Shown here piece by piece: positions 1-10,252 of a DNA stretch of 64,000 nt. Every line of letters starts with the position of its first letter. Position 1 is the stretch's first letter. Made by a program: the position numbers and the translations under genes. The notes under the pieces are model-generated. The model saw nothing but the letters and a program-made list of their open reading frames with translations. It had not been told where the DNA came from and did no database searches. Origin of the DNA: Octopus sinensis (Eukaryota); contig NC_043007.1 in assembly GCF_006345805.1 (NCBI RefSeq), forward strand, positions 76,942,001 to 77,006,000. Direction: 5' to 3'.

Positions 1-671
1 AATAAGTACTAGGTTTACAAAGAATAAGTCTTAAAATACAGATCCAAACATAAGAGATAGAAAAAAGAAAGAAAAAGAAAGAAAGCACATCTATTCAACA
101 CTAAATGTCTCAATTGGTCGGACACCACAAGATTCAACGGAACCTACAGAAGCAAGCCAACACGCACGCGGCGTTGGTATGGCTAAGGTGTTGGAACAGC
201 CAAGTACCCTCACAAGCATCACCTGACACCTTGGTAAGGCGATTGTGGTGATTGTAGTCGTAGAGGTGATAACAGTTGTTATCGTTGTTATTGTGGTGGT
301 GGTGGTGGTGGTGGTGGAGAAGATTGAGTCGGTTGGAAGAAGAGAAAAAGATTGCTAGAGGCCGGCTGATGGATAACATTTATCATGCTTTATCATTGTG
401 TGGAATGGATGGAGAAGGAGAAATTGAGTTTGAAATTCTTGTATTATTTTAGACCTGACTTTCACATCTTGGAGAATATACAAGCTACACACTTTATATT
501 TAATTTTTGAAGCCGAAAACATTTTTCTAGGGGGTTTCTAATTTCATGTTTTTCTTTTTGTATTTTTCTTGAGTCCTAGGTCTCATAAGGTCGGTTACCA
601 GATTTCCATCATATCACTGACCGAGGTCACAACATTATTTCTGAACGGGATACCGGTGAGTCGCAAGGCTC

Positions 672-1350
672 AGGGCCAGCAATTTTTTGAGAGAAGGAAC
701 AAATAGATTATATAGACTCCAGTACTTCACTGGCACTTTATTTTATCAGTCCCGAAAGGATTGTACTAGGGCTGGTCCTAGCTGCTGTACCTAGCATAGG
801 AGGTCAACAGTTATGCACAGAAAAAGACAATGAAATCTGTGGAATTTTATTCTTTACGTACTCAAGCAAAAGTCAAATACTGTTGTTATAACGAACGACA
901 AATGTTGACATAGTTTGGATGTTATTGTCCTTGGTGTAATTGTAACAGAGTTCAAAGTTCATTATGTTGATGTCAGCTCGGTTCAGCTGCTGCCTATGGA
1001 TATTTGCCGTCATTCTACCGTGTCGTCTTTATTGTCTCCCATGCTCTCTCTGCTACAGTCTAAAGTTCTCTGGTAGTTGCGATGTGTCAATTTTATACTG
1101 ATTGACGGGCTCAGAAAGGATCGCGCTAAAGGTTGAAATTGTCGCTGGATCCTATTCCACACGAAATCGTGATTTTGTTGACCACATTGGTAATATTCTA
1201 GTGAATCGCGACATCGGTTGATTGCTGAATATTCTTGCTACAGGATGAAAAGTAAAGTTGACTTTGGCGGGATTTGAACTCAAGACATAGAGAACAAGAA
1301 GAAATGCTGTTAAACATTTTGTCCGACATGCTAACGATTGAGCCAGCTCG
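672..1350 (-). mobile_element. tRNA-derived SINE with Nin/Deu-like central domain, split by a solo LTR
   Basis: Matches the reverse complement of the family at 45592-45811 (ttttatcagtcccgaaaggat|gaaaagtaaagttgactttggcgggatttgaactc); interrupted at 762-1242. Confidence 0.7.
762..1242 (-). mobile_element. Solo LTR (481 bp), probably Ty3/gypsy-type
   Basis: TGTA...TACA termini; 4-bp TSD GGAT at 758-761 and 1243-1246; removal restores the host SINE; minus-strand TATAAAA (~1091-1097) upstream of AATAAA (~846-851). Confidence 0.75.
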
Positions 1351-1498
1351 TTGCTTTAATTTCATGCACACGACTCAACAAAACTGATCTAGGAACCTTT
1401 CGTTCTAACGCAGAATGTTTAGCAAACTTGCTTTACTATATTCACTACTTAATAATTAAATATCTGATATTCTTAAGTTGGCACTATGCCATAGATCC

Positions 1499-1563
<65 letters not shown>
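1499..1563. repeat. (GT)n microsatellite
   Basis: Perfect dinucleotide run. Confidence 0.95.
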
Positions 1564-1566
<3 letters not shown>

Positions 1567-2117
1567 GGGGAATGTAGTCGATTCAACTCTACATCAATGA
1601 ATGGCTGGTAATTAGTATCGATAAATGGCAAAGTCGACTTCGTTGGGGAATTTAAACTCGAACATGAAGGGACATAACTACATAAGTCAAGGTTCAGAAC
1701 TAACGTTTCTGCTTTTGTATCGCCATATATTGATATGTAATAATGTATTTCGAATTAAATGTATAAATGTTTGAGATAAGTTATTATTAAGAAGATTATA
1801 ATATTTCAGACAACTAACCTTATCGTTATATGTGAACATTTTTTCTTCATTTACACTAAGTTTCTGACGGTTTGCCTTCCGATAATTCTCGAGGGTTTAT
1901 TTTTGGAATATGTGCGTAATATCGTAAAATGAGTTCAATATATGAATTCTTTGTTATCTAAGCTAAGACTAATAACCTTCTTATCCATTTGTCCACTGGT
2001 GCATATTTAGTTATTGTTGCAATTTAAAGATTATTAATATTTAATTTTTAGTAATGGAACAACCATATTGATTTGATGTCAGCACTTGGTTTACTGATTA
2101 GGTTATCAGCAAGTGTC

Positions 2118-2119
<2 letters not shown>

Positions 2120-2201
<82 letters not shown>

Positions 2202-2290
2202 ATATATATGTATATATGTGTATATGTGTATGTATGTATGTATATATGCACGTATATTTATGTGTATGTGTGTATATGTGTGTATATACA
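2120..2290. repeat. Compound (TA)n(TG)n microsatellite and degenerate TATG repeats
   Basis: Directly visible; source of spurious YI/CV ORFs. Confidence 0.9.
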
Positions 2291-2302
2291 TACATTTAGC
2301 TT

Positions 2303-2560
2303 TCTATATAAAGATAAGAATGTGTGTCTGTCTGTCTGTGTGAATCTCTAAAACTCATGAACTATACAACCGATTTTATTCAAATTTTACACATGCCTTA
2401 CTTAGGGTGCAGGTAGTGTCATGAGCCTAAAGCGAGCCCAGAGCAATCTCTTATATCCTCCTCTATTTCAGTATTACGTGTCAACAGTGAAATGATAACA
2501 TCTCTCTATTGTAATGTCAGATACTTTCACTTTAATACTGAAACTATTATTAAAGTGAAA
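2303..2560 (+). mobile_element. Possible Helentron/DINE-1-like non-autonomous fragment
   Basis: tctatataaag start, internal (ctgt)n, then aactatacaaccgattttattcaaatttta; resembles the DINE-1/HINE core. Confidence 0.4.
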
Positions 2561-2646
2561 CTATCATCTCACATTTATACAGGTATACATGCGTATATAC
2601 ATGCATACATATATATGATATATATTTTGTATATATATATGTATGG

Positions 2647-2900
2647 TGGAGGCGCGTGGCTTAGTGGTTAGGGTGTCAGCATCATGATCGTAAGATTGTG
2701 GTTTCGATTCCTGGACCGGGCGATGCGTTGTGTTCTTGAGCAAAACACTTCATTTCACGTTGCTCCGGTCCACTCAGCTAGCAAAAGTGAGTAACGCTGC
2801 GATGGACTGGTGTCCCGACCAGCTAGGGAACACATACGCCATAGTAACAGGGAAACCGGGCCAAAAGCCTGGATAGGCTTTAAAAGGGCGCATTTATTTT
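2647..2900 (+). mobile_element. tRNA-derived SINE (family with cttgagcaaaacacttcatttcac core)
   Basis: A box tggcttagtgg, B box gtttcgattcc; related copies at 13337, 16080(-), 29797, 42840, 54320(-). Confidence 0.8.
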
Positions 2901-2904
2901 ATTT

Positions 2905-2959
2905 TTATATATATATGCATACATCTGCACATATGTATATATATAGATGTATATATATA

Positions 2960-3024
<65 letters not shown>

Positions 3025-3290
3025 TATATATATATTATATATATATGTATATATATGTGTGTGTGTGTATGTATATATATGTAAAAATATATGCATGCAT
3101 GTATACATGTGTATATATATGTGTACATTTATGTATGTATATGTAATATGTACACATAATATACACATATATATATACATGCATACATATATTTATTCAT
3201 ATATATTTATATATACTTACATTTATATATACATACATATATATATATTATATATATATATATACATACATTTATACACACACACACACA
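2905..3290. repeat. Long (TA)n-rich compound microsatellite
   Basis: Directly visible. Confidence 0.9.
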
Positions 3291-3671
3291 TTGCTCCAGC
3301 CCACTCAGCTGGCAATAAAGAATTGTACCTATTATTCAAAGGGCCAGCCTTGTCACATTCTGTGTTATGCAGTTTCTCCCTGAGAATTACGTTAAGGATA
3401 ACACGTCTATGGAGTGCTCAACCACTTGTACATTGACTCCACAAGCAAGCTGTTCTGTTGATCGGATTAACTGGCACACTCGTTGTCGTAACAGACTGAG
3501 TGCTAGTATTTGACCTTTGACAAAATGACAAGCAGAGTTGACCTCTGCGGGCTTTGAACTTTGTCGTTTTTCTTGACGTATTACTGATTCAGCTATCCAT
3601 CAGCTCTTTTAATTATTAAGTAATTAATAACATTTTATTGAAAGAAAAACTATTCTTGTTTTGTTTTTAAG

Positions 3672-3808
3672 GTACAGGAAGCAACCGACGACTGCGTGAG
3701 TTGAACGTGACCCTTTTGAACCCAAATTTTTGTCAGAATCTTTGGTACGGAACCATTCGTCCACCACTTCATATCTGTGTTAATTTTGGCATAAAAGGAG
3801 CCTGTTCG
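3672..3808 (+). CDS. S1 serine peptidase, penultimate coding exon (phase 1 to 0)
   Basis: ttgtttttaag|GT...TCG|gtgagt; encodes TGSNRRLRELNVTLLNPNFCQNLWYGTIRPPLHICVNFGIKGACS (Cys168/182/191 pattern); splices in frame to the GDSGGP exon. Not in the ORF track. Confidence 0.9.
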
Positions 3809-3851
3809 GTGAGTATTAAAATTCTTTGATTTTATTATTAGCTTATAGATG

Positions 3852-4735
3852 AACGGCGAACTGGTAGAAAAGTTAGAGCATCGGATAAAAAATGTTTTGT
3901 AATTGTCACTACTCTTCACATCCAGGGTTCAGATCACGCCAAGGTGAACTTTGCCTTTTATCTTTTCGGGATTCATAAAATGAAGTACCAAACAAGTACT
4001 GAGGACAACAATATCAATTAACCCCCCACTTATCCCTTAAAATTGCTGGCTTTGTACATGTATCAGAAACCATTATTTGCCTTTCATCCTTACGGGGTTC
4101 ATAAAATAAAGTACCGATCGAGTAGTGAAGTCGATGTTATTCACTAAGCTGAAAGACAGCATGCAGCCCTGGGAGTCGCAGTTGAGAGCCATTGTTATAG
4201 ATGAAGAAAAAATGATGGTAGATGATATAAATGGTGATGTATACCACCAGGGATGATGCGGGTCGATGTTATCGACTTAATTCGTTTGTCTGTCCTTGTT
4301 TGTCCCCTCTGTGTTTAGCCCCTTGTGGGTAGTAAAGAAATAGGTATTTCGTCTGCCGTTACGTTCTGAGTTCAAATTCCGCCGAGGTCGACTTTGCCTT
4401 TCATCCTTTCGGGGTCGATAAATTAAGTACCAGTTACGCACTGGGGTCGATGTAATCGACGTTTGTCTGTCCTTGTTTGTCCTTTCTATGTTTAGCCCCT
4501 TGTGGGTAGTAAAGAAATAAATAGTTATTCACCATTCACAACAGGCAGCGAGCTAGCAGAATCATTAGCGAGTCGGACAAAAGTCTTAGCGATATTTCCC
4601 CTGGTTCCTTACATTCTGAGTTCAAATTCCACCGAAGTTAACTTTGTGCATTTCATCCCTCCCCGGTTAGCAAAATAAAGTACCAGTTAAGTCGCTGATA
4701 TCGATTTATCTCCTTCATTCAAAAATTGCTGACTT
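3852..4735 (+). mobile_element. Cluster of Nin-domain tRNA SINEs (at least 3 copies, one with a tandemly repeated 3' part at 4260-4521)
   Basis: Repeated gcctttcatcctttcggggtcgataaa..agtaccag motif; B box gagttcaaattcc. Confidence 0.8.
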
Positions 4736-5015
4736 CGAACCATGTATCACGTTCAGGGAGAGTATTCTGATTTTGGTCTCTTAAACGCCATGGAAACCAA
4801 GTGACCGACGTTATGAGTCCCTGGACTACAAAAAAAAAAAAAAAAAACAGTAAGAAAGCAAAAAACACAATATCGATTTCGTATCTTTTTTTGTTGCTGT
4901 CACAGTTTTCAATTCTGTTAATTTTGTTCCAATTGTTTTCAAATTTGGTGTACCGATGTAGATTTGTATGCTAATTATGGAAATGAAATTCGTTTTTGAT
5001 ATAAATTACTAAATA

Positions 5016-5209
5016 AATTCCGTGACCCATGAGTAAAGGGGAAAAGAAGTAGTAGAGTCCTAAGAGTGGAGGCACATGGCATAGTGGTTAGAGCAGCGGA
5101 CTCGCGCTCGAGGGATCGCGGGTTCGAATCTCAGACCGGGCGATGTGTGTGTTTACGAGTGAAACACCTAAGCTCCACGCGGCTCCGGCAGAAGGTAATG
5201 GCGAAACTT
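5016..5209. repeat. Inverted duplicate of 5786-5972 (SINE head plus flanking transposase sequence)
   Basis: aattccgtgacccatgag..aagtagtagagtcctaagagtggagg.. is the reverse complement of the SINE/Merlin junction. Confidence 0.9.
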
Positions 5210-5617
5210 TAAATAAAAAGTTAATAGCTTTTAAAGTTTGCAAATTTTGGGTAATATTAGCCGACCGAAAGCCGTAGGCATATTGGTGCCTGTTTCCATA
5301 GACAAGACAAGGTATAGTCTACTTAAAACTCCAACCGCATGTATTGTTTTTACCTGTCGATTTTCCTTAACAAGTGCCTATTTTCTGAACCTTTCGAATA
5401 TGATGGAAAAATTGAAAACTGAGAAAGATATAGTTTCATACTTGCAAAAGAAATCTGTTATCCCTAAAAGAAAATTATATACAAAAAGACACTATATGAA
5501 CAAGAAGAAGCTTCATGGGAAAATTCACTAGCAGTGCTTCCAAAAATGATGCAGAAAATGTGAGTCTGTCAGAAAAGATACATGGTTAGAAGGTGGCACC
5601 CTTCCTCATAGGACTCT

Positions 5618-5924
5618 TTTGTTGTTGTTTGTTCCTTCTCGAGCCATGCCTGGCTCATAATGGGCCGGTTTCCCGGTTTCTCTCACTCTTTCCTCCTGCA
5701 TCTTGCAGCTCACCGGTCCATCGCAGGTGAGCTGCAAGATGCAGAAGGAAAGAGTGAGAGAAAGTTGTGGCGAAAGAGTCAGCAGAAGTTTCGCTATTAC
5801 TTTCTGCCGGAGCCGCGTGGAGCTTAGGTGTCTCGCTCGTAAACACACACATCGCCCGGTCTGAGATTCGAACCCGCGATCCCTCGACCGCTGCACTAAC
5901 CACTATGCCATGTACCTCCACTCT
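5618..5924 (-). mobile_element. Full-length tRNA-derived SINE inserted in the Merlin transposase
   Basis: 9-bp TSD taggactct at 5609-5617 and 5925-5933; A/B boxes and (AAC)n tail on minus strand. Confidence 0.85.
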
Positions 5925-6256
5925 TAGGACTCTACTACTTCTTTTCCCCTTTTTCTCATGGGTCACGGAATTGCACTTCAGTCCGGTTTTGTGTTGAAGA
6001 ACTAGGGATGACCCACTACAAAGCTGTTGATTATAAAAGCAATGTTCGTGAAGTATGTTCGGAGGACCTGCTCTGTAATCCAGTTCAGATAGACGGTCCT
6101 AGGAAATTGTTGAAATTGACGAAACAGTCTACTCAAGACGTAAATACAACCAAGGAATAGTGCTTTCTACCTGGGCAAAAGGTTTTCGGCAGAGTGTGTC
6201 GCGACACCAGACGGTTTCTTTATGCGATTCTATGTCTGAATCGCAACACACTTAAG

Positions 6257-6326
6257 CATTGGTTCCCAGCCTTTTATTTAATTTTTCCCCCACAGATCTC
6301 TTTTAATATGCTCATACATACATACA

Positions 6327-6391
<65 letters not shown>

Positions 6392-6617
6392 CAATTGCAG
6401 CGTGGAAGGTGTTTATAAGCTATTTAAGAAACACACAAAAACCGTTAGATTCACTTCAACATTTAAATTTAATTTGCCAAAATATTTTCGTCGCTTTGAG
6501 ATCGCGACCTGCTCACTGACAAAATTCCGTACTGCAACTATATATATATATATATATATACGGAATTTTAAATTTAGTTCACGGACTCCCAGTACTACCC
6601 TAGGTTTGGAAGCACTG
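6257..6617. mobile_element. hAT (Charlie-like) MITE inserted in the Merlin transposase
   Basis: TIR cattggttccca...tggaagcactg; degenerate 8-bp TSD cacttaag/tactagag; removal restores the frame N-T-L-E-E-C. Confidence 0.6.
6391..6538. mobile_element. ~150-bp element embedded in a (TA)n tract
   Basis: Complex, CpG-containing sequence flanked on both sides by (TA)n. Confidence 0.5.
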
Positions 6618-7309
6618 TACTAGAGGAATGCATACGTCAATCGATTCTTCCAAGAACCACGATTTTCAGTGACTTGTGGAGTGCCTAATCTCACACTCCT
6701 GAAATTGATGGTTGTAATTTTCGCCGTATTATTAAAATTTCAAAACTTCTTACAAGTTTATCGTAATGATCTCACGCACAAAATGTCAGCTTCAAAATCC
6801 TGCTTTTTGATTCATTAAAAATGATCAAATTTCAAATCTCTGTAACATTTTCTAAAAATTTTTCTGGAACAAGCTAATAACAAAATCAGATTCGGTGTGA
6901 AAACTTACATCAATATATCAAATTTGAAAATTTTCACTTATTTTCAAAATTTTAAAAACTGTGGTAGCAACAGAAAAGATCCTTGATTTCTAATATAGAC
7001 ATGATAACATAAATTTAGCGAGATGAATTCAGGCCTGTGCAGAAGGAAAACGTTTATATTAATCCACACCTTCAACCGTGAGAGATTCTTCTCTAGCTAG
7101 CAAGAGGTAAAGCGAGGTTTCTTTCGTGAAGAATTATCTCTTTTAGAAATCGTTTTTCTTATATTCTGTTCGAGAAAATAAGTGCCAGCTGATGTAATCA
7201 TCTTACTCATTGCCGAAAAAGATTGCTAGCTTTGTGCCAAAATTTGAAACTGTTATTGTGGAAGATATGACAGACTTTTGATAAATTGTATCGGTTATTT
7301 ATTTTCCAG

Positions 7310-7495
7310 GGTGATTCTGGAGGGCCATTATCTTGTGTGCGGAAGTCTGATGGCCGATTCATTGTGGCTGGTGTTACATCCTGGGGCGACCGTTCGTGTC
7401 GAAGATATGGTTTCCCGAGTATCTACACAAATATCAAAACGTTCGTTCCATGGATTCAGAATGTAATCAAAGCTAACAGTAGAAGTCCGAGGTAA
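7310..7495 (+). CDS. S1 serine peptidase, last coding exon with catalytic Ser195
   Basis: ttttccag|GGT; GDSGGPLSCVRKSDGRFIVAGVTSWGDRSCRRYGFPSIYTNIKTFVPWIQNVIKANSRSPR*. Confidence 0.95.
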   Translation, partial: GDSGGPLSCVRKSDGRFIVAGVTSWGDRSCRRYGFPSIYTNIKTFVPWIQNVIKANSRSPR

Positions 7496-7624
7496 CTTAT
7501 ACAGAACCGAAGTTGTCTGGAAATTAAATACTTTTAACATTTCTACCTATGTTCTTTGTCGTCATTCATTCAGTAAATCTATGACAGATCAACTAAAATG
7601 ATTTAAAAACCATTATAGGGAGTA

Positions 7625-7630
7625 AATAAA
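7625..7630 (+). terminator. Candidate polyadenylation signal of the peptidase gene
   Basis: AATAAA 130 nt after the stop codon; ATTAAA also at 7523-7528. Confidence 0.5.
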
Positions 7631-8669
7631 ACAGTTAATGCTATCAGGCTGGAGAAGCAGTTCTAGGGAATGTCATTTTGTGATGTATCTCTGGCAAGTC
7701 AGGCTGGTAGAGCACATATAGATTCTTATTCATAAGGGCATTTCAACTCAACATCGAAACATCTAGCAGTTGTAATTAGCCTGAGTTCGTTCTCATTCGT
7801 CATATTTGCCGCTGAGCTGCGAAGATTTTCTTAGGGCGGTTTCTGTAGTACGATATATTTTATTTTTTATAGACTTTGTGAAAAGTTTGTCAGTCCCTTG
7901 CTCAGCCATTTTCTACCCGGGCTTCAGACCGGCTAACAACCTCATTAGGATGACAACAGTCAAGCGAGAGAGAGAGAGAGGGGGTGGTGGAAATCAGTCG
8001 AGGTTGTGATACGATTGAATTCATTTCGTAATCCAGAGGTTGCTAATATATCGCAGCAAAAAAGACGATTGTTGCTATAACACCACTTCACTCCCTCAAA
8101 TTTTGAGTCGCTTAAGTAAAAGTCAAAAGTAAACCAATATTGTATAGCAGAAACAAATGCAGCAAAGAAAATTTCAAGAAACTGCTGTTGTGATTTCGTT
8201 TCAATTTCTCCTGAAACCTCTAAGCGTTTAGTAAACATTTGAATTTCCTTTAATCTTCCATCGCACTCAATTAAAAAATAAATTCCTCATAATCCCGCGG
8301 ACTTACAGGCTATAAAAATAAATAAATCAACAAGTGGTTACCTCCCTTGATGAGAATTAGGTCATTCAGAGTTGCTTACCGTGAATACAAATTTGCGTTT
8401 AACATTGGTAGATGGCGCCGAGTGTGACAGTCATTTTTGATGCTACATATTTGAATGTAATTCAGTCAATTCCATTTGGAAACAAGGGGAAATAAGGGAC
8501 TGGATGCTACACTGTAAATTACTTGTACTTGTCTTATGGAAATTAATAGAGAGCATTTAAATTTAGGGCTGTAGAAAAACGAAATTCAATCTATTACGTA
8601 TCTAGTCCAGTGCATCCCAGCCTCAGCCATCTTCTCGGCTGCTGTTATATTAAAATCAATTTGTCTTAA

Positions 8670-8893
8670 TCCTTTCCGTGTCCTATGCAATTTCATAAGT
8701 TTGTCCTAAACGTCCATGCATAATTTCAAACTTAGTCATTGTTTCATACATTCTGAGTAATATAAAGCTTTCTTTTATATGTCCCAAGTTCTTGAGGTTG
8801 AAAAAAAATTGGCTATGTTTAACATATATGGTGCACGGATGCCAGGGATATATGTTCTGTTTATTATATATGATACACAGGACAGGCAAAGGG
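8670..8893. mobile_element. piggyBac-like MITE with TTAA target duplication
   Basis: TTAA|tcctttccgtgtcct ... aggacaggcaaaggg|TTAA; same family in opposite orientation at 46726-46898. Confidence 0.7.
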
Positions 8894-9404
8894 TTAACTG
8901 GCAGAAGATCAATTCGGTAAACTAATATGTAACTGGAGCTTAACTTACCAACCTTGTAAGGGTTAGCAATGCAAGTTGATACTAGCGGGATGAGAAACTG
9001 TCTCACGATTTTAAAATTTAGGGAAAATTAGTAAAATTCTACAAACAACTAATCCTTGCCTCTGTTTGAGGGGAATTAAATTCTGTCTAATGTTGCTGTA
9101 AAATCGAACATTATGGACATACCAGGGCGCTGAAAAATAAAACTGGCGGTACAGCTCAGAACTGTAACAAGACAACGAAAGGGTTGCATTCTACAAGTCT
9201 GGTATTCTATCTATCGTAGAAAAATATTAAAAAAAGAAATAAAATGGTTTTTTTTTTAAACACCTCAGTGTTTACGAGCCAAGAAAGGAGCTTCCATGTG
9301 GTCACTCAGCCTGTTAGAAATAGTAATGAAATTTCCTTCAAATAATATATTCACCGTCTTACAAAGGACCTGAACTTCCTGCTCATAGGAAAAAATCGGA
9401 AGGT

Positions 9405-9580
9405 CATCATCATCATCATCATCGTTTAACGTCCGTTTTCCGCGCTAGCACGGGTTGGACGGTTCGACCGGGGTCTGGGAAGCCAGGGGCTGCACCAGGC
9501 TCCAGTCTGATCTGGCAGAGTTTCTACAGCTGGATGCCCTTCCTAACGCCAACCACTCCGCGAGTGTAGTGGGTGCTTTT
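9405..9580 (-). mobile_element. Non-autonomous retroposon with (GAT)n tail (probably RTE-related)
   Basis: ggttggcgttaggaagggcatccagc...ggacgttaaacgatgatgat on minus strand; many copies (19540, 25875, 37193, 38205, 43085, 47470, 54660, 60410). Confidence 0.7.
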
Positions 9581-10246
9581 TAATCATGGATCTGGTCAGC
9601 TCTGACTGATCAGAGTTGACCTTGGGCTAAATAACAGCAACGATTGTATTTGAGCCAATGAGAAACATTCAATGTGGTCATCTGATTTACTAGAAATAGC
9701 AGTTAAATCTCCTTCAACTCAAACTATTTTACATACACCCTAGATGGATGGACTGGTCATGTTGGAGTGCCTTGGAATGTGGGTTTACTTGATATTGACT
9801 GGAGCTAAATAGTAATCTTTATTTCTGTGATATGAAGCCTTCAAATATAAGGTAACCACAGACAATAAAAATGCCATGTTTTATACTCATCTTGTAGAAT
9901 TATTCATCGCCATGTCAGCCTTGATCAAAAAGAATTACGATCAAAGTTGAAGCTGAAATCAATTCTTTTATCATTTTGAAGTATACCAAGAACTTCATTC
10001 TCTAACACATCACTCAGTGAATTGAAGATTTGGCTACTGTAGAAAAAAACCTCAATAAACAGTGACCCATGCAAGCTTGGAAAAATGGCTATCAAAATGA
10101 GAATGATGGTAATCATACAAAAGCAATGATGTTTGAACTCTTCAAGAATTTAACTATTAAAAATGCATTTAAAACTAAGAACTGGATAATGAAGAAAATT
10201 AAAAAAAACACAAGTGAAGCTGAATCAGGTGATACTTTGCAAATGT

Positions 10247-10252
10247 TTTATT
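10247..10252 (-). terminator. Candidate distal polyadenylation signal for LRIG
   Basis: Minus-strand AATAAA with upstream TGTA and downstream ttgtgtttttttt (GU/U-rich) at ~10215-10201. Confidence 0.45.

Larger units (their letters stand above)
5402..6725 (+). pseudogene. Merlin DDE transposase pseudogene (stops, frameshifts, interrupted at 5618-5924 and 6257-6617)
   Basis: Fragments CRKCESVRKDTWLEG; FCVEELGM..VREVC..QIDGP/EIVEIDETVYSRRKYNQG..VFGRVCRDT; LEECIRQSILPRTTIFSDLW are IS1016-type motifs. Confidence 0.85.
4881..6982 (+). mobile_element. Merlin (IS1016/IS1595-like) DNA transposon, decayed, with nested insertions
   Basis: TIRs gtatcttttttt-gttgctgtcacagtttt vs ggatcttttctgttgctaccacagtttt; 8-bp TSD tcgatttc (4873-4880) / ttgatttc (6983-6990); transposase remnants inside. 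Confidence 0.85.

Noticed and set aside
134-379. His/Asn-rich ORF, checked as a possible upstream peptidase exon
   Set aside because: Derived from (GGT)n/(GTT)n simple repeats; no plus-strand frame shows DIALL or GWG motifs
2073-3436. Many ORFs of YIYI/CVCV/HTHT type, here and throughout the window
   Set aside because: Translations of dinucleotide microsatellites
5068-5140. tRNA-like sequence with good A and B boxes
   Set aside because: Continues directly into SINE body; it is the head of a duplicated SINE, not a tRNA gene
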